Shown here: one piece after another, positions 20,981 through 33,461 of the stretch
Numbering within the stretch: the stretch's first letter is position 1
Layout: every line of letters starts with the position of its first letter
From: Lophium mytilinum
Lineage: Eukaryota
DNA length: 64,000 nt
Direction of reading: 5' to 3'
NCBI GenBank assembly: GCA_010093605.1
Contig: MU004195.1
Location: 124,001 to 188,000, forward strand
Notes under the pieces: model-generated
The model's database searches: none
Seen by the model: the letters and a program-made list of their open reading frames with translations, nothing else
Told to the model about the DNA's origin: nothing
Made by a program: the position numbers and the translations under genes

Positions 20981-23650
20981 GGATGGCGCTTCGAACTGGT
21001 TCGTTCTCTGAAACGACTAGAATGAACAAGATGTAGTGTATAGTGTTATGCCCTAGCTGGAAAGTGGAGGTGTGTATAACAGGTGAGGATGAAGATGCAG
21101 GAAGAAACATTCGTTGGCGAAATTTTCTTTGTCCATTGAGCGAGATTTCACTGGTTTGTCCATGACAATAGAACAATATGATGGTGGCCCGGGCCTGAAT
21201 AGCTTGCGGTGCGGTGAAAGCTGGGCGGGTTGGCTATTGTGAGGTTGCTATTGTTCGCGCGCGCCCACAAGAACGTGCCAGAACACCACGCTCTTGGCCA
21301 TCGCGGCTGCATCTGGCATGTTCGTCGTGTATTTCCATCTTATACAATCTCCTTTTCACTGCGTGTGTTCTTGTCAGCATGTTGAAAAGGTTTGGTGAGC
21401 CAGGCCTTCCATCTGAACTTGGTTGAAGTGGTAAACAGCGAGGTCGCGCTGGCTGCCTGAGGCTGCGTGGTAGGTGAGAGACTTTGAAAACCCGTTTACT
21501 CCCTTGACTTGTTCAAGTCATGGCTTCTTTGTCGCACAGTTTCCACTGCTCTTTAAGTCTAGCACCATCTGTGGTGATCAAGCGAACAATAAAGGTTTGG
21601 CGTTTGCGTAGGATATTCTCAGTACGCAATCGCCTACGCAACGACAGTCTCAAACATCATTAGGTACGATCCATCAAGGAACCTAGCATGGAATCGTAAA
21701 TTTGTCTCGCGTCGGCTGGCGCAGGTCTCCAAGCTGGGCAATGGGTAGTCGGAGTTTGGCCTCATGAAAACGAAGATTGCGCCGCCTAGTCTGAGCATGC
21801 GGGAGAATACATGCCTTTTGGCTCAACAGTCTGAACCATATGGGCTCAGAAACTAAATGAGTAGTGAAGCGTGGCAAGGAGGGCGGTGAAATACAAGCAG
21901 AGCTGACAACCGGAGCCAGAGCATAGTCGACACGAGAGGAACAGAGCCTAGACCTGACACATCTGGACGCTCAACATCATGACTGTGGGGTGGGTGCAAG
22001 AGCTGGCCTAGGAGCCTGGGTATGAGCCAGCCACGAAGGGGCTGCGAGGACTCCCTAAACGGACAGTGTTACAAGGTGCTTGAGCACCGGTGAACGAAAG
22101 CTATCACTGACGAAACCGCGTTGGAAAGGAGCACACGGAGCAATACGAGCAAACACGCGACAAAACCCACAGGACAAGCATGTTGATATTTCGGGGGACG
22201 CCCGCAATTAGAGATACTGGGTGGTCCCATTTTGGTTCTCTGCGTTTTCGCTTGGCTTGTGGGCTGAGTGCCTCGTAATGTCCTTTGGCGTCTAAAAGTC
22301 GTTACAGTCTTGCAGGCAGCATCAAGATCTAGTGGTAAATGGTACAGTGAGCTAAGGGACCATACAAAGCTGGAGCCAGACGCGGACAAGGGCAGCCGTC
22401 GTGGAGGGCTGATCCGATTCGAAAGAGGCGAAAGGGCATGGTAAGCGGAAATTATAGCAGCATGTCGAGTTCGTCGTCCAAACGGCGACGCCAGCAGGGG
22501 CCGGATGCAAGTCCAGCCCAACCCGTCACACCGATTAGCGAGGTATTGTCGTGAAGTCGGAACGATGCATAACGTAGACTGCTATGCTTCTTATGTGGCA
22601 TTGAAGTTATCTAGATGCCTGGTTGAATATAGGCTAACAGCATCCTCAACTCTATCGCCACGAATAAGCTTGCCACCCTGCTTTACAAAGCTGCAGTGAC
22701 TCGCTGACTAGCAGACATGAGCCACTGTCATTTTCGAGCTGTTGGTGCATTTTCAGATTCCGGTGATGTGCAGAGATTAAGTAACCAGGCACGGTGGGGG
22801 CTGCGCGGCGCTTTGACGGCAAAAATAGGAGCTCGTGTAGGCCGGAGCGAAGCTTGTAGCAGGTCTTATACTTGGCACACATGCTTGGTCTACTTGTCAC
22901 CAAATGTCAGAGGATGATTCGACGCAGCGGTGTGCCCAGCGAAGTCATCCTCAGCCCAGCGACTCTTGGCTGTGTTTGGCAGTGCACGTTCACATTCTAC
23001 TTCGGGCATAGCTTAGACGTGAGCCTCACCCTTCAACTCACCACCATGCTCCACATTCGCCAACGGGCAGCACCCAGCCCCCAATCACTACATTGCGAGC
23101 ACGTTCACTTGCTGTATCCGTTGCTCAGCGCTCGTTCCGTGTGGCCAACTCCGCGAAGCGCAACTGACAATAGGGATCTGGGTTCGCTGAGTCTACGCGC
23201 CTACAGCACTCTAAATACCGCCCCAGCATATCTGCTCTATATTTGCCCAGAAGAGCTACCCAGCAACACGCCACAGCCGTTAGAATAGACCCTTTCATAT
23301 CCAGTCCAGTCTCCAGGACGTATTCCCGCCCCCGAACGTGCACTGACTCGGCGTCTATGAGTGTAAATCTCCACTGTGCCAGGGCTCAAGCCAGCACACC
23401 GCGGGTTGCAGCTCTGGGTATCATGCCGTTGCACGGCTTGCCGAGCCGGTGCAGTAGGCATCGCGGCTGGGATGTATGCCTTGACTGAGCCCTCAGCCGC
23501 AGCTACATTGGTATATATCTGTATCAGAGACCCCCCATCTCCTTGACTCACCTCACTCGGCGTATTTCTTCTGCTATTGTATGCTGGCTCTTATTCTTCT
23601 AATTCCTTTCGTGCTTTCTCTATCTTTTCTTAGGAGCTCAAATAGCCATC

Positions 23651-25543
23651 ATGCACGGCCATCTCAACTGGTTCGGCACTCCGCTTCACGGGGGCGAGCA
23701 CGCTCATGGCGCGAGCCATGAGAAGCCTCAACAAGAATCTACGCAATCTGATTCTAATTCCAACGACTATTCTCCTGTCAAGTTGACCACTACGGATACC
23801 CAGAATGTGCCTTTCGAACACGAAGATGGCATGCACGAGACGCCTGCTTTCCATCGTCATGCAGAAGCCACTACCGCTGAGCTGTTCTACGATCTCTTCT
23901 TTGTAGCTAACTTGACCACCTTCACCGCCAACCTCGAGATCAACGACTCCAAGGGTAAGTTTGCCTTTGCGATGAGGTCCTTGCCAACAACTGACACTTC
24001 CCCTAGCTCTGTCCGCCTATATTGGCTTCTTCTGCCTTTTGTGGTTCACATGGTACCAAACATCCCTTTACGACGTTCGATTTGCTGCCGACAGCGTCTT
24101 TGAGCGATGCTGCAAAGCCCTTCACTTTGGTGTTATGGTCGGATTCGCCGTTATTGGCCCGGACTGGAAGCCAGGTCAGGCCGTCTACAGCTACCAAAAG
24201 TTCAAGGCCTTTTCATACATCCTCATGGTCAGCCGTTTTGTACTCATTGGGCAGTACGGAGTGACACTATTCTTTACGTGGAGATATCGTCGTACTCGCC
24301 TTCCCCTTCTCATGGTTATGACATCTTATCTAGTTGCCGCCATACTATACGGAGCCCTCTCTACTGCTTTCCCGAAAGACTCCGAAACTCCCACGACGAG
24401 CAATGTCTACATTGCCTGGTATGTCATTGCGGTTGGAGAAACCCTACTCACTACGGCTGTCTCCTGCTATTGGAGAGTCATCAGCTTCAAGGGCACTCAT
24501 CTGATTCAACGGATGAGTCTTCTGACCCTCATCATCCTCGGCGAAGGCATCATTGTCATCTGCAAAGCCATCTCATACATCGTCAAGAATGAATATCCCT
24601 TCGACTCGAGCGTCACCGGCCAGATCGTCTCATCTATCCTGATCATTTACTTCTTGTACATGCTCTACTTCGACCGCTTGCGCGAAGATCACTTCGGTAC
24701 TATAAAGCAACAGATCTGGGCCTTCATCCACTTCCCACTCCACATTTCGCTTGTCCTTCTCCTCGAAGGAGTTTCCAACTTTGTCACCTGGCGGCAGGCC
24801 ATAGTGGGAACAGGATTCCTCGACTCATGGATGAACGGAGGATTCCAGAACTTCTTCATCGATCATCCTGTTGACTTCAACAACGTCACCCTGGCCATCG
24901 ACTATTTCAACAGCACCGCGATCGAGCAGGTCTTCGCATTTGTGCCAAAGGGCACAGATCTCACAGGTCCCAAGCAGACGGTCGAGAAAGCCCTTGAGGG
25001 GATGGACAAGAGCTTCACTGCTAACATGACCGCGGCTGAGGCTTTGAAGGACGATGACTTCCTCACGAATTATGCCAACTACTACTTCACCCTCTTCAAC
25101 ACCAACCTCAATGCGCTAGGCATCAAGGCCCCGGAAAAGAAGGAAAAAGATGGCGCTAAGCCGGATCCTAGTAATCAGCTCCTTGCCTTGTTCGAGGTAT
25201 TTGATCTGATCTTCGTCTACTTCTTTGTTACCGTAAGTATCTACTCCTCTCCATCAACGTGTCGCATGAACTGACCCGTCTCGTACAGGCCGGTCTTACC
25301 CTGATCGTTATGGGCACCCTCGCCGTCCTCTCTGAAAAACCAAAGACTATCGGCGCCTACTTCCGCAGCGGCATGTACTTTGCCGTCGGCCTTGCGCTGT
25401 GCTTCCTGTCGCTCATGAAGTTCACGGACGCCGAGGTGAATTACGCATCCTCGTCATGGGTCCTACCCACTCTTGTCCTTAGCTTCTTTGCTGTTGTCGT
25501 CATCAACTACATCAGGCGGAAGCCGAAGGCACATAATCACTAG
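23651..25543 (+). CDS. LtrA-like (low temperature requirement A) integral membrane protein, 3 exons; introns 23955-24006 and 25233-25288
   Basis: ELFYDLFFVANL, YDVRF..DSVFER, HLIQRMSLLTLIILGEGII and HFPLH motifs. Canonical GTAAGT...CTGAC...YAG introns. Confidence 0.85.
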
Positions 25544-25925
25544 AGGGCTGTACGTATTGGGTAGTCTATACATGAGGAGAGGAAGAGAGGCAGTGTCAGA
25601 GCAGAGAGCAAAGAGGAGCTAGAATGAGAAGGGAGTTGGCGTGCTATTTATACTGGGGAGAGCAAAGCGATTGTTTTCGGCATTGAGCGTACTGAGCGGA
25701 GATTTTGTAACTATTTTGGACCGTGGTTCCAGTTAGTCTGCATTTGCACACATCTATTCTTACTGGTGTCTGCCTGTGGTCCTTGCTTTTTGCGGCCTTA
25801 CTCTTGTGGTAACATTCTCACGGTTACTGTTTCATTGGGAAAGTGAGTCTATATGTCTGCTTCATTCAGGCTGCACGTTTTTATAAATATATATACTCAG
25901 ACTTATCCAAATTCAAGCATAGCAT

Positions 25926-27446
25926 TCAGTTTGAGCGCTGTGGAGCCGTTCCCTCCGGGATCGCTTCAGCACCTTCCGTTCGCTCAACGTCCGAGCCACC
26001 CTCTGGGACCTCCGTCGCAGCACCACCATGTTGCTCCGTCTCATTTCGACTGAGCTTAGTATTCACAAAAAACGTGAGCAAGCCAATATCATACGCCGCC
26101 TTCATCGAACCCGCAACCACGAACGCGATCCAGAAGCGGTCGTGCCCTGCCAGAGCTCCCGTGATCACCGGGCCCACGCTCTGCGAAAGGGTCTTGCTCA
26201 CGTTCACAATACCCATAACAGCCGTCCTTTCATTCGGCAGCACCACTGCTGACAAGAAAGCAGAGCGCGGCGCTTGATCCATCGAGCTCAGAGATGCCCG
26301 AGCGACAAGAAGACAGATGGTCAACGCCAGCGAGTTCGGAATGGGGAAGAGCGCCAGGAAGATGGCGGAGGGGAGGTGGGTGAATACCATCGTCTTCACG
26401 AGGCCGATGCGTTTGGAGATTGAGGAGGCGAATATGTTGCCCACGGCGGAGAAGATCCAGGTTGCGGACATGATGCTGCTGAGCTTCGTTTTTGGGAGGT
26501 GGAATTTCCGGTCCATGTAGAAGTTGAGTAGGGAGAAGGGAACCATGCCGCTGGCCATGGAGTCGATGCAGAAGAGGGCGCAGAGGCGGAGGAGGATCCA
26601 GCGGCTTTGCACGGAGATGTGCGCGAATGGGTTGCGGCTGCTCTTCTCAGCAGGCTTTGGGGCTCCTCCGTTCTCGATGGGTTGTTGAATGGATTCGCCG
26701 CCCAGAAGTGGATCCGTTTCGTCTTCTTCGGGCGCAATCTGCGCGGCTTCCTGGGATTCGTTTCGTTTGTCCGTCTCACATTTGTTACTGAGGAAGAGTA
26801 CCAAGATTCCTTTCAACAGACCCAGTCCGGTGTATGCCCAGAAGACGATTCGGTATGCGTCCACGTCCGTCCAGCCATCCAGGGCTCGAAAATGATCGAC
26901 AATACCTCCTCCCACCAGTACACCTGCTGAAGTTCCAAATATGGCAAAGACCACGTACCAGGCAAATACGTCTGATCGCTTGCTTGCCTCCACTAGATGG
27001 GCAAGCGTCGACTCCTCCACGGCTCTGAAGGGCCCGATCTCTCCTCCGCTAGGGCTGATGACGCCGACAATTGCAGCTAACAGGAGAAGCCAGTATTTGC
27101 CCGTGGAAGCGAAGACAACGCCGGAGAAGGCCATCATGAGAGCACCAAGCAGCAGGATGTTCCGGCGGCCTAATTTGTCGGCTACAATGGTGAGAATAAG
27201 ACTTATTAGGACGTCGCCGAGGAGAGTGAGGGTCATAAATAGCCCTATCCGGAAGTCTGAGATGTGGAGAGCCTCGAAGTACAGGGCTAAGACGAAGGCA
27301 GCGGCGCCATAGGCGAACATGCGGACGGCGCGGGTGAGAATGAGAAGGTGCGCATCTTTTCCAGCGCTCACGAGGGACTTGAGACCGAATTCTTCGGCTA
27401 TCCAATGGCCTGCCTTGGAGAGTTTGCTGGGGGCTGGGGAAGACAT
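25926..27446 (-). CDS. MFS transporter (~506 aa)
   Basis: Intronless ORF with ~12 hydrophobic segments. MFS motif A-like ADKLGRRNIL and SPSGGEIGPFRAVEES. Confidence 0.9.
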   Translation of the reverse strand: MSSPAPSKLSKAGHWIAEEFGLKSLVSAGKDAHLLILTRAVRMFAYGAAAFVLALYFEALHISDFRIGLFMTLTLLGDVLISLILTIVADKLGRRNILLLGALMMAFSGVVFASTGKYWLLLLAAIVGVISPSGGEIGPFRAVEESTLAHLVEASKRSDVFAWYVVFAIFGTSAGVLVGGGIVDHFRALDGWTDVDAYRIVFWAYTGLGLLKGILVLFLSNKCETDKRNESQEAAQIAPEEDETDPLLGGESIQQPIENGGAPKPAEKSSRNPFAHISVQSRWILLRLCALFCIDSMASGMVPFSLLNFYMDRKFHLPKTKLSSIMSATWIFSAVGNIFASSISKRIGLVKTMVFTHLPSAIFLALFPIPNSLALTICLLVARASLSSMDQAPRSAFLSAVVLPNERTAVMGIVNVSKTLSQSVGPVITGALAGHDRFWIAFVVAGSMKAAYDIGLLTFFVNTKLSRNETEQHGGAATEVPEGGSDVERTEGAEAIPEGTAPQRSN

Positions 27447-28127
27447 CTTGGAGAATGATTGTTGAATGGCTTGGAACGACAGCAGCACTAAATTCTCAGG
27501 CGCGTTCGGGAAGTAGAATACGATGACAAGCGGTATGGAGGCTCTTCAGATAAGCAAGAAAGTCTGTACTATCTATTCGAAGGTTTTGAGATTTTACCAG
27601 ACGTTGGAAAAGCCAATCACGTCCTCGCCGAAGACGCGTCAGCTGGTTGGCTATGCGAGCGTTGGGTGCAGGGTCGACCGTCTGACAATGGCTCTCACAC
27701 TCGTCGAAGTGCAGATGTCAGGAACGAAGAGATGCAGGTGGGGTCTTAAGTTCGCAGGTCAGCATGGCGCAGCGAGGTAATATGTACAATGCAGGTGCCT
27801 GGCAGGATTTGCGATCTGCATCGTCATGCCGACCCCCAGCTTTGTGACTCAAGGGTAACCGCAAGCAGACTAGAGCGCTATCCATCTATTTTAGTACCAG
27901 ACGCGTAGACGCGCGAGTCTGTTCCTCCACAGCCTCCATCCATTCACCATCGAGATATCTTCAACTTCTCTTCCTCATCAATCATGACATAGCAAGGTTG
28001 CAGCTGGGTCCAATAATCCGACGTCTCATGCTTCACGACTCACGACATTTCACATTCACTTTGCCTAGAGAACACCACAGGATCGAGAAACAGTGCATAC
28101 ACAGCATATACAAGAGCGTAAAGTATC

Positions 28128-29306
28128 CTATCCGTCAAGGGCCTGAACGACCTGAGCCCAATCGCTATCCGTGTAGGCGCCAGGTACGCTCTCGCCATCC
28201 CAAAGGCTCGCAAGCACGACGCGGTCCGACTGCTCCCCATCCCACGGCTGGCGACCATGCTGCGCAATGATGTTGTCGTAGACAAGCACATCGCCCTTTT
28301 GCCATTTGTGAAGCACTCGGATTTCGTCTGTGAGCTTGGCGAGGTGCTCTAGGTACTTGTCTGGAATGGGCGTGCCGTCCCCGAACTGCTGCAACACGTT
28401 CTTCCTAGCCGCGTTGACTTGAGCATTCTTCCAGTACGCCGCCAGGCCCGTGAAGATAGTAGGCAGCTGTGTTTCGGGCTGGGTCCGGATGGCAGGTAGC
28501 CTGTGCGTTAAGACGACGCCGCCGTCGTCGGTCCATTCCCATGTCGTATGTTTGCCTCTTCCATACCGTGCAATCTGCGCCTCGATCTTGGCCCGTTTGG
28601 TGGCTTCGTCGTCACCCTCCTGGATCTCCTTTCCAAATGCTTGCTTTAGGGTCGAATTGCCTTCGTACTGCGTCTCGATCTTATAGACCACTTTACTCAG
28701 GATGCCTTTCTCAGCGAGCTCAGTGATGAACTCTGGAATCTCCTGTTGCGCGCGATGAAACAGCTCCAGCGAAGATGAGATGGGCGTCTCGCCACCTTTT
28801 GCCGGTGCCTTGTGGCTATAGAAGAAGATGTATTCCGGGGCGTGTGGGACTTGCGGCGACTCATTGTGGTTGTATATCAACACATCCTTAGGAGCCTCGT
28901 TGGCAGGCGCCACGTTCGGAGCGAGCAACGGCCTGTTTACGACGATTCCGATAATCTCGTGCGGCTTGTATCCAAAAGCATGGGCGAATCTGCTAAAGTC
29001 GTCGGCGTTGTGGATCGGCAGGCCGCGAAATAGCAGCGTTCCGTGACGAGCTAGCTTTTTGGTGAGGATACCATCCTGCGCCTGCAGACCCTTTATAGTA
29101 TCGACGACGGTCTCGAGGCTGACTTCTGCATTGCCGTGCGTTGATGGACGTAAGGCTAATGGGATGACAGACTCACTCGGATGCGGGGCGCCGAGTGTTC
29201 TTTGATTGCTCGATGGTAGGTCGAAGGGCTCGAATACTAACGACGGCGATGTAGCGCCGTCTAGTTTGAGTGAGTTGATATTGGGCTGTGCTACAGAGGT
29301 CGTCAT
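28128..29306 (-). CDS. TauD/TfdA (clavaminate synthase-like) Fe(II)/2OG dioxygenase
   Basis: GTLLFRGLP, HNE iron ligands (IYNHNESPQ), GGETP and WQKGDVLVYDN...HGRQP motifs. Confidence 0.9.
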   Translation of the reverse strand: MTTSVAQPNINSLKLDGATSPSLVFEPFDLPSSNQRTLGAPHPSESVIPLALRPSTHGNAEVSLETVVDTIKGLQAQDGILTKKLARHGTLLFRGLPIHNADDFSRFAHAFGYKPHEIIGIVVNRPLLAPNVAPANEAPKDVLIYNHNESPQVPHAPEYIFFYSHKAPAKGGETPISSSLELFHRAQQEIPEFITELAEKGILSKVVYKIETQYEGNSTLKQAFGKEIQEGDDEATKRAKIEAQIARYGRGKHTTWEWTDDGGVVLTHRLPAIRTQPETQLPTIFTGLAAYWKNAQVNAARKNVLQQFGDGTPIPDKYLEHLAKLTDEIRVLHKWQKGDVLVYDNIIAQHGRQPWDGEQSDRVVLASLWDGESVPGAYTDSDWAQVVQALDG

Positions 29307-30009
29307 GATGGGCCCAAGCGTGTATCTTGATAGTAGCAGATGTGTATGCGATCACTTATCGATCAGGATATCACAGGTTTAAGTACAAGGCCGAAGCGGG
29401 GATGGTGTTCCCCCAGAGGTGTCGCCCTGGTCTCAATACTCGCTTACATGACAGGTATTCTCTCATCCGTGCTAAGATCACGAAATCGCACGATCGTCCT
29501 GTACGACCAGTCACTAAGAACAAGCGTTCCTATCTCGCTGTTTCGCTCCTAGTTAGCCCTATCGGAGCTATCGAAATAATGCTACCTCGACCTCCTTCGC
29601 CCAGCCATGCTAACTTGTTGGATGTCGATTGTGTATCCGCCGCGTAGGATCACAGCATCCGAACCCAGCATGTCACCTGAAATTCTCTTGCTAACCCCCA
29701 TCTTGTGTATCATCGCACGAATTAACCATCTTGCGTGCTTACTAGGGAAAGATGTGCAACACCAATGCTTGACTCGTGCAAGGCCATACTTAAGGATCCA
29801 ACAATTCGGAGACGCACATTCATCCACACTATCCCGTTTGCTATATCCTTGACCTAGGATATCTTGGTAGTATTCATCTATCTGATCTGCCGTTCCATAT
29901 CGTGGTCCTTTTTCGCGAAGCTTGCGCCTAGCCTCGCTTTTCTAAGAGCCTCAGTGGTTCCATCTTTTTTTTCGACTCGAGTCCACGTTCAGTCTTCTAT
30001 TCTAGAGAT

Positions 30010-31440
30010 ATGTCGAGCTTAGGGAAGGATGAGACTGCTATTGGGAAGCAAGAGCTCGATGAGCATCCGGCGCAGCCAGTGACGACAGGTGAAAATGTTA
30101 TCCAAGGAGGTCGACATTCCTTTTACCGCAGCACACTCTTCCAAATCCTCGTCGTTGGTATCTGTGCCTTCTCTGCGCCCGGAATATGGAGTGCCATGAA
30201 CGGGCTCGGTGTCGGCGGCTCCCAGAGTCCAGACCTCGTCAACGCAGCCAACGCTCTCCTGTACGCCTTCATGACAGTGACCTGTTTTGCAGGCCCTTGG
30301 ATGACCAACCTCATTGGATTCCGCTGGACTCTAGCCATTGGCTCTCTTGGATACCCTCTTTACGCAGCCGGGCTCTACGTCAACAATCGCTTCGGCCCCA
30401 CGTGGTTTGTGTACGTTGGGTCGACAGCATGCGGACTCAGTGCTGGCTTCTTCTGGAGCGTTGAGGGTGCTATTGCCACGGGATACCCTGAACAGCACAA
30501 ACGAGGTCGCTATATCGCTACCTGGTTCACATTCCGCAACTTCGGAAACATCATTGGTGGTGCAATCTCACTGGCCCTCAATCACAAAAGGAACCACCGC
30601 GGCAAAGTCGGCTATGAAACCTATCTCGGCTTCATCGCTATCCAGTGTCTCGGGTTCTTCTTCGGCCTGCTCCTTTCCAACCCCGAAAAGGTGCAGCGTG
30701 ACGACGGCACTCACATTGAGGCACCTCGTGGCATCGTCTGGCGAACCGAAGCAAAAGAAATGTGGCGGCTGATAAGGAGCAAGCCCATCCTCCTGTTGAC
30801 GCCGCTGTTCTGGTACTTTGGCTGGATCCAGGCGTACCCCGGCACATATCTCGCAACCTACTTCACTGTCCGCTCCCGCGCCCTCGGCAGCTTCATGTCT
30901 GCGGTCGTCGGCACCTTCGCTACCTGGATCGGCGGTGCTCTCGTCGACCTTCCGTGGACGAAGAGCCGGCAGACCCGCGCCGTCGCTACTTGGGGTCTCA
31001 TTGCCGCGCTGAATAGCGCAACCTGGATCTGGGCCGTCATTATCCAGAACGAATACCGGCACACGAAACCAGTGCTGGACTGGGAGGCACAGAGTTCGTT
31101 TGGTCGGGGATTTGGACTGTACCTGTTCGAGCGCATTAGCCTCGGGATGGTGGAGAACTTCATCTACTGGTGCATTGGGAATCTTTCTGATTCTCCTGGC
31201 GATCAAATCCGGTATAGCTCTTTGCTAAGGGGTATTGAGACGGCTGGTGTTGCTGTAGGCTTCGGCGTGCAGGCTGTACCTACGATTTTGATTGCTACTG
31301 CCAGTATCAACTGTGGGCTTTGGTTCTTTGCGCTGCCTTTTAGCTATTATGCGACACTACAGGTCGTGAAGAAGTTCAATCAGCTTGATAAAATACGTGA
31401 TGAAGCGGGGCAGGGGAGCGAAGGAATAGTTACTAAATAG
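30010..31440 (+). CDS. UNC-93-like (DUF895) MFS transporter
   Basis: PGIWSAMNGLGVGG, GYPLYAAGLY, AGFFWSVEGAI..GYPEQHKRGRY and YFTVRSRALGS motifs. Confidence 0.9.
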   Translation: MSSLGKDETAIGKQELDEHPAQPVTTGENVIQGGRHSFYRSTLFQILVVGICAFSAPGIWSAMNGLGVGGSQSPDLVNAANALLYAFMTVTCFAGPWMTNLIGFRWTLAIGSLGYPLYAAGLYVNNRFGPTWFVYVGSTACGLSAGFFWSVEGAIATGYPEQHKRGRYIATWFTFRNFGNIIGGAISLALNHKRNHRGKVGYETYLGFIAIQCLGFFFGLLLSNPEKVQRDDGTHIEAPRGIVWRTEAKEMWRLIRSKPILLLTPLFWYFGWIQAYPGTYLATYFTVRSRALGSFMSAVVGTFATWIGGALVDLPWTKSRQTRAVATWGLIAALNSATWIWAVIIQNEYRHTKPVLDWEAQSSFGRGFGLYLFERISLGMVENFIYWCIGNLSDSPGDQIRYSSLLRGIETAGVAVGFGVQAVPTILIATASINCGLWFFALPFSYYATLQVVKKFNQLDKIRDEAGQGSEGIVTK

Positions 31441-31562
31441 AGGGCTGGGAACGACTCTTTCAAGGTTATGCTCTTATAGATGGGAAATATTACTAGATCA
31501 ACGCGAATAGAGAGCTGTGGTATACGACCTATTCAAACTCGCATCTACCTCCTACCTGGTAT

Positions 31563-32733
31563 TCACAGCAAGGAAGACCGCCAATTCAAAATCGCCTCCG
31601 CCGTCTCTTCCGGCGCCTCCTCAGCCGTAAAATGCCCAATCCCATCACCGAGCTCATGATCCGTAACCGTCACGCCCTCCCCAACCCAGCCCTCCCATGA
31701 CTTCCTAACGTCAAACCTCTTCCCAATAAACTCCGCCCCGTAGATCAGCAACACGGGCATTTCCAGCTTCTTGCCAACCCGCTGGTCCTCCTTTTCCATA
31801 TCCACGTCTTCCCCAGCACCGGCCTTGTAATCTTCGCACGTCGCCCTAATCACGCTCTCGCGGAGGAAAAAGTCGCCATAGACCTTGTACGAGTCACCCT
31901 CTTTGATCCTAGCCAGCCCTTTCGGCGCGTTCCCCACCCAGCGCCCGATCATGTCAATGCAGAACTTGTCGCCGCCGTACGCGGTGATCATATCAGTTGC
32001 CAGCTCGACGTTGGCGAGGAGGCTCCAGTGGAAGAAGCCTGCGCTTTTGCGGGGGTCAGCGCCGCCGCCGGCCCATTGGATGCTTGCGGGGACCTGGTGG
32101 GGGGTGGGGGAATTAGTCGGGGAGGGGTCTGGGAGTGTGCGAATTCTGGGACACGGTGGTGGGGGAGGATGGACTAACGATGTCAATGATGGTTACGCCA
32201 AGGATGCGGAAGTGGGGAGTGCCGGAGACTCCGAGGCGGTAGGTGATTCGAGCGCCACGGTCGTGGCCGATGAGGATGATGGGGGTGTCTTCGTCTTTGT
32301 TTGAGCTGTCGGTTTCTTTTTCTAGTAGAGAGTGGAGCGCGGATAGGGTGGCGAGGCCGACGGAGAGCTTGTCGTGAGCGGTTGGGGGTTCGCTGTTTCC
32401 GTAGCCTGGTAGGTCTGGGATGAAGAGGGGTGCGGATTTGGGAAGTAAAGGTACGATCTTTACATTCTATTAGAGAATAGTCATAAACAGGGAGGTTGGT
32501 ATGGTCATGCTCACGTGACGCCACCTATTCTACTGATTAGCAAAGCTCAAGTTGGATAGAGAGGGCCGGGTGACAAACATATAAGCCGACTGAGGATATC
32601 CATGGAGGAGAACAAATGCAGGATTGGTAGCGGATATACTGTCGAGCCCGCGGCTGTATGTGCATACAGCGGGATCATTCACGGTCCTTTTATTGAGCCC
32701 ATTGCGGGACATGAATTGGTCTTGAATTTCCAT
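31563..32733 (-). CDS. Alpha/beta hydrolase, epoxide hydrolase / haloacetate dehalogenase-like, multi-exon
   Basis: VLLHGYPQSAY, PDLPGYG, nucleophile elbow IGHDRGARI, CEDYKAGA and IGHFTAEEAPEE. Introns are evident between the ORF fragments. Confidence 0.88.
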
Positions 32734-32864
32734 TTTGCTTTTCGTACTCAATTTTGCAAAGATTGAGATAGCTTCAAGAAAGTTTATATGTCTTTGAGAT
32801 GTAGTGCTTTGGTTTCTAATCAAGTCGTCAGGCTTCCGCCTTATGTTGACCGAAAGAGGTAATA

Positions 32865-32895
32865 GTGAGGGGACGTCATCCCGACGTCCCCTCAC
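32865..32895. repeat. Perfect 13-bp inverted repeat with a 5-nt spacer, upstream of the hydrolase
   Basis: GTGAGGGGACGTC-ATCCC-GACGTCCCCTCAC. Confidence 0.9.
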
Positions 32896-33461
32896 CCGAT
32901 TTAAGTCGAGAAGAACCCTGCCAACCATACACGTAATTTTTAAATGGAAGATCCACGAAACAATCACTTACTGGTTTATGAATTCGAGTGTTACTAGATT
33001 CAATTCGACTTTTCATGTTTATCGTGATGTTGTCCATCTTTTGCAAGATTTCAAAGCTGCTCTAACTACTATTTACCTCACATCTTGTTCACATCTTTGA
33101 GAACAACGACAAGGGGTTTAGTGCGACTCATATCTTGGCAACGCAGTTGCAATAGCTTTGAAGCTGTCAACTCTCCGATGAAGAGAAAACCCGATCTGTG
33201 GCGATAGCGCGCTTGAGGTGAAGTAGCACTGTGCCTACAGACCAGATGCCCTCGACGAAAAGACGAGCGAACGGATACATGGAAATGTAGCCATAGGCAG
33301 CACAGACCGAAACACAACTATTCTTGGAGAATATCATTTACTACCTTCATATACTTTATAATCAGGTCCATCTCCTTAGTGTATGAAGAAGCTCCGAAAC
33401 GCAGGTCAACACCGGATCCCCTCAACTTGCACATGCAACGCCACTCGTCAGCCCTCTCTCG

